From: Prasinococcaceae sp. CCMP 1430
Lineage: Eukaryota > Plantae > Prasinodermophyta
NCBI GenBank assembly: GCA_013416795.1
Contig: RQSC01000027.1
Coordinates: 62,001-126,000, forward strand
Length of the DNA: 64,000 bases
Reading direction: 5' to 3'
Each line of letters opens with the position of its first letter. Position 1 is the first letter of the stretch. The notes under the pieces were generated by a model. It saw only the letters and a program-made list of their open reading frames with translations, was not told the origin of the DNA and made no database searches. A program made the position numbers and the translations under genes. Of the stretch, positions 1-10,472 are shown piece by piece.

Positions 1-118
1 TGCCCGCACGCGCGTACGCGGCGTACGCGGCCACCGCGACCAGCGAGCCGCCCCCGACCACCAGCGCTGTCTTGCGCCGCTGCGGACCCCCGAGCATCGT
101 TGCCATCGCGGGCGCCAT
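1..118 (-). CDS. 5' end of a gene running off the left edge; N-terminal basic patch plus hydrophobic segment (peroxisomal membrane protein-like, e.g. ABCD/CTS or PEX3; unresolved)
   Basis: Not in the ORF track. Minus strand from ATG at 118 reads MAPAMATMLGGPQRRKTALVVGGGSLVAVAAYAAYARAG with no stop to the edge. RRK followed by a hydrophobic stretch resembles the N-termini of plant CTS and PEX3. Confidence 0.45.
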   Translation of the reverse strand, partial: MAPAMATMLGGPQRRKTALVVGGGSLVAVAAYAAYARAG

Positions 119-1356
119 CGCACGTGCGCGTGCGCGTGCGCGTGCGACGCCGCCGTGCACGGCGCGCGGCCCTCGGGCGCCTCGCTGGCGCCCGCCGCGC
201 GAGAAAAAAAAAAAATCCCCACACAGACGAAAATCTGATGCAGAAAATCAGACAAACCAAACCTGTGCTAGGGCTTTGAGGCGGCGAGCGCAAAAGAGAG
301 CGTAAACCGCACTTTTCATCCAGGAAATGCGAACGCGCGCGCGCGGCCGTGCTTGGGCGGGGGCGGGACGAACCCATGGAAAGAAAGGAGAGTTCAATCG
401 AGGTTTGGCAAATACAGTATGGCTACACCAAGGTTGTGTTTACTGTTTAAACTTTAAAGAGCTCCGGATCTGGCATGTGAGCTCTCCCGTGCGTTGGAGA
501 TCCTTGGCGAGCGATTTCCAACCGCCGCCGCCGAATCGACGCGCGCGAGGCGCGCCCGCGCCGGGGCGAAACACCCATCAAAACGCATCACGTTGTAAAC
601 CCCCGCAAAGAACCCAAATACTTTCACAGCAAACGCGCACACCACGATACCAGTGCGCGTAAGCACGTTCACGTACGTTCTCTGTGCTGTCCAGTTCGGG
701 GCGGGGGGGGCAGCAGCAGCAACGTGCCGTGTGATGGGGCGTGCTCGAGCCGCGCCGCGGGTGCGTTTTGATGGGGTTCGGTTCCGGTTCCCCCGCGCGC
801 CGCGGGCGAGCGCGCGCGGCGCGCGCGCGCTGCGGCGGGGGGCGGGGGTAGGTAGGTACGGGTAGTACTGTACAGTACTTGGGGGGCACCTCCAGCCAGC
901 ACCGGCCCGGCCGCTCCGCCGCGGGACGGGCGGCGCAGCGCCCGCGCGAATCGACCGCGCGCGCGCGAGCGCGCGGCGCGGCGCGTGAGGGCGGGAGAGG
1001 GCGGGCGCCAACCAAACCGTCGCGAGAGGTCTGCGCGCCGCAGCGAGGACCACAGAGCGTGGGCCGCGCGCCCCGGCGGGGGAGGCCCTCCCCCCCACCA
1101 ACCCCAGCCCTCCCTCCGCCCTCCCCAGCGGACCTCCCTGCCGCCCCACCTCGGGGGGTGGCAGCGAGTCGCGCGGTGCGGGCTGAGCGGCCCAGCCTTG
1201 GTGCTTGCGCTGCGCGTGGCACACCTTTGCGGCGAGAGGCTGGTCGGGCGGGCGCAGAGGGGCAGTGAGGCCTAGGCCGTCTGCAGGCGAGCGGGCGGGC
1301 GGGCGGGCGGGCGCGCAAGCGGGCGGGCGGGCGGGTGGCTTTTACCAGCGACGGAG

Positions 1357-4300
1357 ATGTGGGCTGCCGGAGAGGGCGGCACCGGCGCCCCGGGGGACGT
1401 GCAGGTCGGCGCAACGGGCGGGCGGCCGGCTGCGACGCGGGGTGGCTCTTTCGGCGTGGGCGCAGGTGCGGGTGCTGGAATGGGCGACAGCAGCACCGGG
1501 GGCGCGCATGACGCGATGTTGGACTACGCGGGCGCGCCGGGTGGCGTGGCCGAAGATAGCAGCGGCAGCGCGGCCTTCATGAGTCGGCCCTCGATTCTGC
1601 GCACCCCTCCAGCCCCCCCCGGCGTCGAAGCCGGCTTTATCACAGGCAAGGGAGCGGGAGCCTCGTGGAATGACTGGGGCGAGTACGGGGACTCGGCGCC
1701 CTCGAGCGCGCAGGGAGGGGGGGGGGCTCCCTCGTCGTCCCGGAAGTACACGCAGAGCCATCGAGAACAACAAGAGCGAGACCACCCACGTCATGAGAGG
1801 ACCGTCAGTGGGGCCAGAGAAGGCGCAGGAGCACCCTGGTCGAGGAAACTTGGTGGTGGCAGCAGCGACAGAAGCAACGCGGGCAACGAGCCCGTGTCGC
1901 TCACCGGATCGTCGCCGCAGCCCCCACAAATACCGCCGCAGCGCCGACAAATGTCGCCGCAGCGCCGACAAGTGCGTGCCCTGTCGCATCAGATCGAGCA
2001 GCAGCGGCAGATGCTGAAACAACAAGAGCTCGAGCTGGGGCAAGAGCAGACGCACGCGCAACGAACAAGCGAACTGCCTGCCGCGAGGTCCGTTCTCGAA
2101 GCGGCGGCGTGGCACTCCGCGCCTGCTCGAACACTCGAGGCTGCCGATCCTCTCGGCGCGAGGCGGCGCGCGGGGATGGAGGCGGCGTCGGCCGACTTTG
2201 TGGGCGCCGGACGGGAGGGGGACAAGAGCTTCGGCTTCGTCCCGGCATCCGTCGTGCGCGACCTTGACGCGAAAGACTGGAAGGTGCGCGCGGCCGCGGT
2301 GGAGACACTCGAGCGAGAGCTGGAGCGGCTATCTCCTCGCAGCGTGGACGCGCTGTCGCCTCACCTCGGTCCGCTCTCCGCGTTCATCCTCTCCCTGCTC
2401 CGAGACACAAACTTCAAGGTCTCCCTCACGGCCGCGCGTATCACTGCTGCGCTCGTTCGCAAGGCCGGGCCGGCCATCGTCGCCCATGTGCCCTCGCTGG
2501 TCAAAGAGCTCTGCCGGAAGCTGGGGGATGCAAAGGTAGTCGTGCGGCAGGAGAGCCTCAAAGTCTTTGCGCGGCTGATCAGCACCGTGGATGCACCCGA
2601 CGCGGTGCTCTCGGAGCTGCACACGGAAGCCTTCTACAGCGGTAATCCCTATGGCAGCAGCTGGCGCGCGCGAGAGGAAGTGTGCAATGTGTCCACGCAG
2701 GCTTTACTCGCGGCTCCGGAGAGGCTACAGATGCACCAGGTAGTGAACTCGCTAGCCGAGGCGCTCGCTGATGGCAAAGATCGCGTGCGAGCGGCGGCCA
2801 CTGAAGCTCTGGCAGTTGCGCATTCGCATGCGGGCGAGGCGGTCTTGCTTCCCCTACTGAGCGCGGCGATGGGCAGAGCAAATGTCAGCCCAGGCTGCGA
2901 ACGGAGCGTTATGGAGCGGCTGGCGTCCAGGGCTCCATTGCCCAAGTTGAATGCCGACGGACTGGTGGAGGTCAAAAATGTCAACGTGGCCGTGCCCGCT
3001 GCCGCTGACCTCGATATGGGTCTCGCCCACAACGACGGCGCCTCGGACGGCTTTGCGAATGGCGCGGTGGCAGGTAGGCGCGCACAGGCGGGCGGGCGAG
3101 CCAAGCTCAAGCTTGACCTGGGCAACGTCGATGGGCCCGCTGAGCGCAGGCGCTCGCCAGCGCGGGTGGTTGTTGAGCCGCGCACTCGTCATCGCAGTCC
3201 CACGAGTAGCCCGCCCGACGAGCAGCAGCGACCTGTGAATTACGGCGAGAACAGGACACCCCTCATGGGCCCCGATGTGTCCAGGAATCAGCCTCCTGGA
3301 GCTCGCATGGGGCGCCGCGAAGGCGCGGCAAGGTCAACGGTGCGCAGAGGCCTCGATTTGGACCTCGGCGACGATGTCGCTGCCACGCCGCCATTCGAGC
3401 TCAGAAATCCGCAGCTCTCACGAGGCGAGAGCGGCGCGGACGTCGGGCGCCGGCCGGATGGGAGCGATCTGTGGCTCCCATCTAGCAGCGCTTCCTTTAC
3501 AAGCGGCACGATGCACACACCGTCGGGATCCATGAGCGCGCGCGTGCCGGGAGCAACTCCGGGGTCGGTGAGGGGACGGCTCGATATCCTCAAGCGCCGG
3601 CAGGAGACCCGGCGTGTGCATTCGGCGAATCCACCCTCGACGATCAAACGAGCATCGTCGGACCTGAGTGTCTTCGCGCGCGCCGCGAGCGCGATTGACC
3701 ACTGGGATGACGGTGTCAATACCCCGCTGTCAGCCCCGGGTGGAAGCGTGCTCCGGGAGCAGAATTTTTCGCCGCATGCTGCTGAGATGAGTGAGTTCCC
3801 TGCCGAGGGCTACGTGCCCCCGCGGCGGCCGGTGCAGCTCTCAAAAGCCACACTGGCGCGTCGCGAGGCGCGCGAGCGCAAGGCGCTCGCTGAAGCGGAG
3901 GGCGGGACTGAACCCATGCGCTCTGGCAGGTCTTCGGGCAATGGCACGCCGCGCGGCGAGGGTGCGCGGACATTGAAGAGTCCCTCGCACAGTGTTCTCG
4001 AGACATCCGAGCTCACCCGCGCAGAGTCTCCAGAAGCAGATATGCGACGGACGGTCACGACCCTAACGGACGCCATCTTGACTCGCGCTACTGAGCTCGA
4101 CTGGGAGCAGCAGTTCCGCGCGATCACGATGGCGCGCCGCCTTGTTGTGCACCACGCTCAGGTAGTGGTCCCGCACGTGCATGCACTCACGCTGGCTCTG
4201 ATCCCGACGACCGAGAGTCTGCGCTCTCATGTATCCAAGAATGCGCTTGTCTGCTTCAGGGAGATGTTCACAAACCTAGGGCGATCAATGGACCCAGAGC

Positions 4301-5595
4301 TCGAGAAGGCCGTGTTACAGCTCGCCAAGCGCGCGGGTGAGGGCTCGACGTTCCTTAGTGCGGAGGCCGACCGCGCCATGCGGGCCATGATGGGATCAGT
4401 TGGTGACACGCGCGGCATCCTCGCTCTCGTCGGCGCCCTGAGCAACAAGAGCAAGGCGGCGATCATGCGCGCGGCAGCGCACCTCGACGAATACACCGTG
4501 CGCGTCGGCCAACGCTTCTTCTCCTCCAGCTCATATCGAGACTGCCTTGACAGGCTCTTCATGGCAGCCGTAGGGCTGCTCGAGCAGGGGTCGATCGAGA
4601 CCCGAACGCACGCCAAGCGCATTCTGTACCACATCGGTCAGTTCGCCATGGCAGAAGGGCCCAGTGAGCTCGAGAGAATCACGCGCAAGTGCGCTAACGA
4701 CTCCAAGCGCAAGGCGGTCATGTCAATCGTCCAAAACCCCAAAGGAGCGCCGGCACCCGTACACTCGCAGTCACGCGGCAGCCGCATCAAGGCGGGCTCC
4801 GCGGGCAGCTCTCGATTGAGAGCCAACAGCTTGGCGGGTTCGCCCAATTATCCCGATAGTGGTGGCAGTGGCAGCGCTGGGGGTAGTGGGCGCCAGCACA
4901 GTGGAGGAAAGGTTGCAGGCGTGCAGGGCAGTGGCCCGGCACTCGGTGGTGCGCAGGCGCAGGAAATGGAGGAGGCAGTGCAGGCGCTGCTCAACAAGGT
5001 GGGTGCGAAGGACTGGCGCGAGCGCTCCGAGGGCATCAAGGAGCTCGAGCGCGCCATCGGCATGAAGTGGCACCGGGGTATGGCCGCGCATTCGGTCGCC
5101 GTATTCGACGCTATGGTTCAGCGGCTCAGAGATGGCAACTCGAAGGTGAACGTCCTCGCGCTCCAGTCGCTTAGCCGCATGCTCCCCCTCGTCGGCGAGT
5201 CGGTGGTGCCCGTGCTCAACACTTTGGTGCCCGCCTTGGGAACAAATCTCGGCGCAACCAACTCAAATATCTCGTCCGCGGCCGTCGACTGCATGCGCAC
5301 GCTCACGCACTCGCTGTCGGACCCTTCGCGACTGGTGCAGCATGTCGCGCACTTCGCCAAGTTCACTGCGCGCGGGAAGCCGGCCATGATGCTGTCCATC
5401 ACGTCGACGCTAGGTGACCTACTGGATGGGTGCTGGGAGTCGCGACCCCAGCTCGTGCATCGCCACGTCGTCCCGTGCGTGGTAGCTCTCGCGGGCGGCG
5501 CGCAGAACGCCGATTGCAGGGCTGCCGTTTCCGACCTGAAGACTCGGCTGGTGGCCCTCGACCCTGAGTTCGCGAGCGCCCTCGGCAGGAGGTGA
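1357..5595 (+). CDS. TOGARAM1: TOG/HEAT-array microtubule-binding protein of the TOGARAM/Crescerin (FAM179/CHE-12) family, intronless
   Basis: 1412-aa ORF with three HEAT/TOG blocks: DWKVRAAAVETL...LLRDTNFKVSL; LDWEQQFRAITMARRL...ESLRSHVSKNAL...MDPELEKAVLQLAKRAGEGSTFL (FAM179-type CLASP_N); KDWRERSEGIKEL...RLRDGNSKVNVLAL. Start could be 1357 or a downstream Met. Confidence 0.85.
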   Translation: MWAAGEGGTGAPGDVQVGATGGRPAATRGGSFGVGAGAGAGMGDSSTGGAHDAMLDYAGAPGGVAEDSSGSAAFMSRPSILRTPPAPPGVEAGFITGKGAGASWNDWGEYGDSAPSSAQGGGGAPSSSRKYTQSHREQQERDHPRHERTVSGAREGAGAPWSRKLGGGSSDRSNAGNEPVSLTGSSPQPPQIPPQRRQMSPQRRQVRALSHQIEQQRQMLKQQELELGQEQTHAQRTSELPAARSVLEAAAWHSAPARTLEAADPLGARRRAGMEAASADFVGAGREGDKSFGFVPASVVRDLDAKDWKVRAAAVETLERELERLSPRSVDALSPHLGPLSAFILSLLRDTNFKVSLTAARITAALVRKAGPAIVAHVPSLVKELCRKLGDAKVVVRQESLKVFARLISTVDAPDAVLSELHTEAFYSGNPYGSSWRAREEVCNVSTQALLAAPERLQMHQVVNSLAEALADGKDRVRAAATEALAVAHSHAGEAVLLPLLSAAMGRANVSPGCERSVMERLASRAPLPKLNADGLVEVKNVNVAVPAAADLDMGLAHNDGASDGFANGAVAGRRAQAGGRAKLKLDLGNVDGPAERRRSPARVVVEPRTRHRSPTSSPPDEQQRPVNYGENRTPLMGPDVSRNQPPGARMGRREGAARSTVRRGLDLDLGDDVAATPPFELRNPQLSRGESGADVGRRPDGSDLWLPSSSASFTSGTMHTPSGSMSARVPGATPGSVRGRLDILKRRQETRRVHSANPPSTIKRASSDLSVFARAASAIDHWDDGVNTPLSAPGGSVLREQNFSPHAAEMSEFPAEGYVPPRRPVQLSKATLARREARERKALAEAEGGTEPMRSGRSSGNGTPRGEGARTLKSPSHSVLETSELTRAESPEADMRRTVTTLTDAILTRATELDWEQQFRAITMARRLVVHHAQVVVPHVHALTLALIPTTESLRSHVSKNALVCFREMFTNLGRSMDPELEKAVLQLAKRAGEGSTFLSAEADRAMRAMMGSVGDTRGILALVGALSNKSKAAIMRAAAHLDEYTVRVGQRFFSSSSYRDCLDRLFMAAVGLLEQGSIETRTHAKRILYHIGQFAMAEGPSELERITRKCANDSKRKAVMSIVQNPKGAPAPVHSQSRGSRIKAGSAGSSRLRANSLAGSPNYPDSGGSGSAGGSGRQHSGGKVAGVQGSGPALGGAQAQEMEEAVQALLNKVGAKDWRERSEGIKELERAIGMKWHRGMAAHSVAVFDAMVQRLRDGNSKVNVLALQSLSRMLPLVGESVVPVLNTLVPALGTNLGATNSNISSAAVDCMRTLTHSLSDPSRLVQHVAHFAKFTARGKPAMMLSITSTLGDLLDGCWESRPQLVHRHVVPCVVALAGGAQNADCRAAVSDLKTRLVALDPEFASALGRR

Positions 5596-5990
5596 CAGCG
5601 GGCCCCGCGCCCGCGCCTGCTGGCTATTGAATTTGTTTGTTTAAGCCATGGCACACGCCGCCGTTCCCAGCCCCTCCATCCCCTCCGCACCAGCCCCGCC
5701 CGCCGCCGCCGGCATCCGAGCACCGCGCCTCCGCCAACTGTCCGCCGCCGCCGCGCTACCGCCGCGAGCGGCGTTGGCGCGTTCCCCCGCTCTCGCTGCG
5801 CTGCGCTTCGCGGGACGGGGAGGGGGGGAGGGAGCGCGGCGTGGGGAAAAAAAAAAACTTCCCTCGGTGCATTCATTCTGACCTCCGTCACATCAGACAC
5901 GTTGGCGTCGGAAATGCATGCGCGGTGATGTGCGCGCACTGCCGGGAAAGGCGCGCGCGGTGCGGCCGCGCGGCGGCAAGGTAGGCGTGG

Positions 5991-8754
5991 GTGAGGTGTG
6001 CGGGCGCGGGCTGCGCTGAGGGGGCGGGCGCAGTGATAGGGCTCGGCAGGCCTGGCGCCGGCGCGTGCTCGGACGGCGCCGCGCCGCAGACGCCGCCGGA
6101 GTGCGTGAGCGCCGGGGTGGCGCACGTGGCGACAGAGGCGGACGATGTGACAGCGGCTGCGCCGCTGACGACGAGCGCTGCCGCGGCAGCAGAAGCGGCG
6201 GCGGCAATGGCGGAGGCTACAACAGTTGTTTCTGAGCCGATGGCGCGGACTGCCAACGAGCGTGAAGGGGGCGGCGGCTCTTCCGATCCGGGCGCCGCCG
6301 GGGCGTCTGTTGAACGTGCCAGTCGCATCGCCAGCGGCACGCCTCCCGAAGGAAAGCCTGCGACGAAGCGCCGCCGAAAGTCGACGGGGATACGCGAGCT
6401 GCAGTCGATCTTGAAGGATTCGGTTGCAATGCCACCGCCGATGTCCTCGCGTTCGCGGCGTCCAAGCGGGTCCTCGGATGGCCTGCTGCGATCGCCCCAA
6501 TCGCCGGCATCAAAGTGTGGTGAGGCTGCGCGCGCGACGCCATCTGTGTCACCAGAGAAACAAGCCACCCTTCGCCAGTCCGGCAAGGACGTGTCCCCGA
6601 CTAAACAGGGCACGTCACAGAGAGCGGCGCGCGTGCCGCGGCAACCTGCGCCACCACAGCGCACACGTCGCGCCGAGATGGCGGAGGAGGCGAAGAAACT
6701 GAGGGCCGAGCGCGAGGAACAGCGGCGGCTGGACGCCGAGGCGTATGCACAGGAGCGCCGCAGGCAGCGCGAATTGCGCTTCGAGGCGGCGTGCGCCAAG
6801 GAACGTGAATGGATACACGGCATGCGCGAGTGCCCGACCTTCTATCCCACAGAGGAGGAATTCAAAGACCCCATGGCCTACATATGCAAGATCCGCGAGG
6901 AGGGACAGAAGTACGGTATCGCAAAGGTGGTGCCTCCGTACGTGTCGACTATCGCGGGCGCGGACGTGCTGCGGCGCAAGGGTTTCACTTTCACAACAAA
7001 GGTGATGCCTCTCAAGATGTCACGCGGCGCGGGCAAGGACCGCGTGCTCTTCAAACACTCGGAGCGCGAGTACTCCGTGGATGAGTACGAGGAGCTCGCC
7101 AACCAATTCATGGTCCAGCGCTACGGCTCGGCGGGTGCCCTCCCAGCCAGACAGGTTGAGTACGAATACTGGAAGGTTCGTGGGCGCGCGCGCGCGACAG
7201 CGACAGCGCGCGCGACGTCCGCGCGAGAGAGCGCACTCTGGACCTTTCAGATACTGACCGGCAACACCTCACAGGAAATGCTCAAGGATGGCGCAGGCGG
7301 GCTGCTCATCGAGTATGGGTCGGACATCGAGGGAACAGCATTTGCCGACGCCACAAGCGGGGAGCAGCTCGCAGCAAGCTCCTGGAACCTGGCGACACTG
7401 CCGACGCTCCCTGGATCGCTCCTGAGCGCCATCTACGGCACCATTCCGGGCGTGACTGTGCCCATGATGTACATGGGGATGCTATTCTCGACGTTCGCGT
7501 GGCACGTCGAGGACCACAACCTATACTCGGTCAACTACCACCACATCGGCGCGCCGAAGGTCTGGTATGGCGTGCCTGCGTCTGCCGCGGACGACTTCGA
7601 GCACGTCGTGCGCACGAAGGTATACACGGACCTCAATCGCTCTAGGCAGGACGGCTGTCTTGGCGAGATGTCGGGGGATGAGCTCAATGAGATCCACGGG
7701 AAGACGACCATGTTCTCGCCGCGCCTACTTGTCGAGGCCGGCGTGCCATGCTACCGTGCCGTGCAGCAGCCCGGCGAGTACATGTTCACCTTCCCGCGCG
7801 GATACCACGGCGGTTTCTCAACGGGCTTTAATTGCGGCGAGGCTGTTAATTTTGCCATGGCCGACTGGCTGGGACTGGGCATGGACTCAGTGAGACGCTA
7901 CCGCAAGATGCAGCGCCTGCCGCTGTTCCCGCACGAGGAGGTGGTGGTGCACGAGGCGATCCAAGTGGACCAGGTGTGGCAGGCGGAGGATCGCGCGCGA
8001 GCTCAGGGCGAGGCAGACGCGCATGCGAAAGACACAAATGATGGCGGCAGTGCGGATGCGACTCCGTGTGGCGACCAGCACCAGCCCATGGACGCAAATG
8101 CGGGTGAACAGCCCGTGGCCGAGGTGCCTCCTAAGGTGGCGTATTCGCACGACGAGGCCGTGCACGTTGCCGCATCTTTTGTGGCCATACTCCGCAATTC
8201 AAACGCACTCCGCGCCTCCGCAGTTGCTAGCGGTGCGCAGCACTCGCCACTGCCCGAGCTTGCAGTGTCCGCACCATGTTCTCGTTGCAAGCACCTGTGC
8301 TACCTGGGGATCGTCGTTGCAGAGAAGATCGACGACCCCATCTGCCTTTGGTGCGACCGCGCCGCCCAAAATGAAGACATCGGGACACGATGCGTCCTTT
8401 TCAGGCCGGAGACGGTGCGTGTACGCGATGTGCGGCCCGCGGGTACCCCAGCACTACCGCCCTGATTGTGCTGGCCCCTCACCACATCGACGAGCACTGA
8501 CACGTGGCGCGCCGCTCCCCCATCGCCTTTGCGTCTCGCGCCTCGGCCGCGACGCCTACCAGGCCCGCTTCGAAGCCATCGCCAAACGCCTCGAGAAGCG
8601 TCCCGACGTTGCCACCAGCCTCAAGTCACTCGCGCACACGTGGCGCGTGTCTGAAGCGGGCGCGCTGGGGGATATCAACGCGCCTGCGAATGGCGATAGC
8701 AGCGGCTCCGACGCGCCTTTCGAGTGGGCAACGATACCTAACACGCCGCAGTGA
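5991..8754 (+). CDS. JmjN/JmjC histone lysine demethylase, KDM4-type (plant JMJ13/JMJ706-like), with a C-terminal Cys-rich zinc finger; start uncertain
   Basis: JmjN CPTFYPTEEEFKDPMAYICKI; JmjC FSTFAWHVEDHNLYSVNYHH...TFPRGYHGGFSTGFNCGEAVNFA with the Fe-binding HxE...H residues; CSRCKHLCY...CLWC. Introns inferred at 7176-7274 and 8415-8562; last exon 8563-8754. First in-frame ATG is near 6207. Confidence 0.9.
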
Positions 8755-8998
8755 GGCGAAGCGAGCCCGCGCGTCGGCCGAACTATGTGCCGGAGATAAG
8801 TACCACACACGACATTGCATGTATTAGAGATGACCACCATCACGACATGAGTCTGACCTTGCGAGTGCCGATACGCAGGCATGAAGTACTGTGAATGGGG
8901 GGGACAAGGCGGGTACTGTACCTCTAGCTACGCGAGAATTGACTATTGGACAAAAGCATGCAGGGCTGGCAGAGTGGGCACCGCGGACGGCGCGCTCC

Positions 8999-9795
8999 TC
9001 AGCGCATGTGCCCCGTATACCCCGCCGGCTTAGTGCGATGGTTCTCGACGAGCAGATCCCTCGCGATGGGCCGCCCCACGCCCTGGCCCAGGAATGCCTT
9101 GCCGGCTATATCAGCGGGGCGTTTGGGAACTGCGGGCGCCGGAGGCAGAGACCAAGGCAAGCGCACACGAACGCAGGCAGCGATGGATCAGCTCCCGCGC
9201 ACGGCAGAGCGCGCGCGCGCGCGTGCCAAAACATACACGCAACAGTCGACTCGCGTCATTGTCATCGCCCGTGCGCCGTGCGCACTCGCACGCCCTCACC
9301 GTGGCCCATGTATCCCGGCACATGGCTGGCCTCCTCGGAGACGGACGTGCCCGCCTGCAGGTCTTTCGTCTCGAACCGCATGTCTACGGGCCTCGACCCG
9401 AAGAAGCCCGAGCCTGTGGGGCCGGCGGAGTACGCCTCTACCTGCGACTCCCTGGCCGCGGCCCCGTTGTGCTCGAATGCCGGCACCACCGCCTTGCGCA
9501 GCCTGCGTCGCTCGCTGCGCTCCGCCTCGCCCGCGCACTGCGACTGGTAGCTCGTGGCCCAGCGATCATCCTCGACAAACGTCCCCACGAGGTTCGCGTG
9601 TGAGGCATTCGGGTAGGGTGCACCGCCAGGCGCGGCGCCGCCCGCCGCGCGGCGAGACATAGCGCGCCCTTCCTCGATGACGACGGCGCCTGGGCCGAGG
9701 CACTCGCGCGTAGGCTGTGCGACGTGCCGCTTCTGCTTCTGCGGGAAGTCGCAGAAGACGCCATCATCGACGGCGAACGGCGGCGCGTTGGCCAT
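8999..9795 (-). CDS. Small protein with PGYxGH-type repeats, probable axonemal microtubule inner protein (FAM166/DUF2475-like)
   Basis: Exons 9795-9300 and 9129-8999 (intron 9130-9299, G|GTGAG...GCAG). Splicing gives HVPGYMGHVPKRP...KPAGYTGHMR*. Start uncertain. Confidence 0.6.
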
Positions 9796-10269
9796 CGCAG
9801 GACACCTACCCTCCTCACTCGCTCTTCCCCTGCCTACCCCGCCTCCCGTTCGTTCCTCGCCGTTGGCGACAGCACCCTCGCCCTCCCTAGTCGCGTCCTT
9901 GGCGCGCGCGAAACTGGGTCCGCTCCCCAGTCTCGGCCGCCCGCGCGCCCGTCCGGCGCGCGCGCGTCGCTCCTCCCCTTCCCCCAGCCACGGTTAGGAA
10001 AACGCCGCGCGCGCGCGCGCGCGGCCAACAGCTCTTTTCAAACTTTGAATTGTGTTTTCATCGTTCATGCCAGCAAGGTGATGCCACGCGGGGCAGCAGC
10101 CCGGCCGGCCCCAGATTCCATCCAGCGGGGTGTGGCGACGGCACGCTCGTCGCAGGTGTGGTTTTTCCCAGCTGACCGAGCGGAGCATCCAGCCACGCGG
10201 CCAGGGCGCAGCGCTCTCGGCCGAGCGGCCGCCCACGAGCTGGCTGGCGCCGCCGCGCCCGCGCGCGGC

Positions 10270-10284
10270 GCATGCGTTTTGATG
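10270..10284 (+). promoter_or_regulatory. Recurrent upstream motif GCATGCGTTTTGATG (copies also at 574-588 reverse, 762-773, 32809-32823, 45888-45902)
   Basis: The exact 12-mer TGCGTTTTGATG occurs five times, always intergenic and on the sense strand of the next downstream gene. Confidence 0.55.
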
Positions 10285-10472
10285 GCGTTGGCCCGCCCGT
10301 CCGCGCCGGCGGCGGGGGTGGGGGGGGGGGGGGGGGGGCGGGGGTGGGGGGAGGTTTTCGTGGGACCTGATCGTTCGCGCGTGAGTAGAAGCAGCCCGCG
10401 AATCGAGCGGCTGGGGCTCAGGGGCGAGGGTGGCGGCGCGTGGCCCCGCGGGCGAGCTGGTGGGCGGCGACG

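Noticed and set aside
1934-1971. 21-nt-period duplication in TOGARAM (PQRRQMS-PQRRQV)
   Set aside because: Ordinary slippage in a disordered linker.
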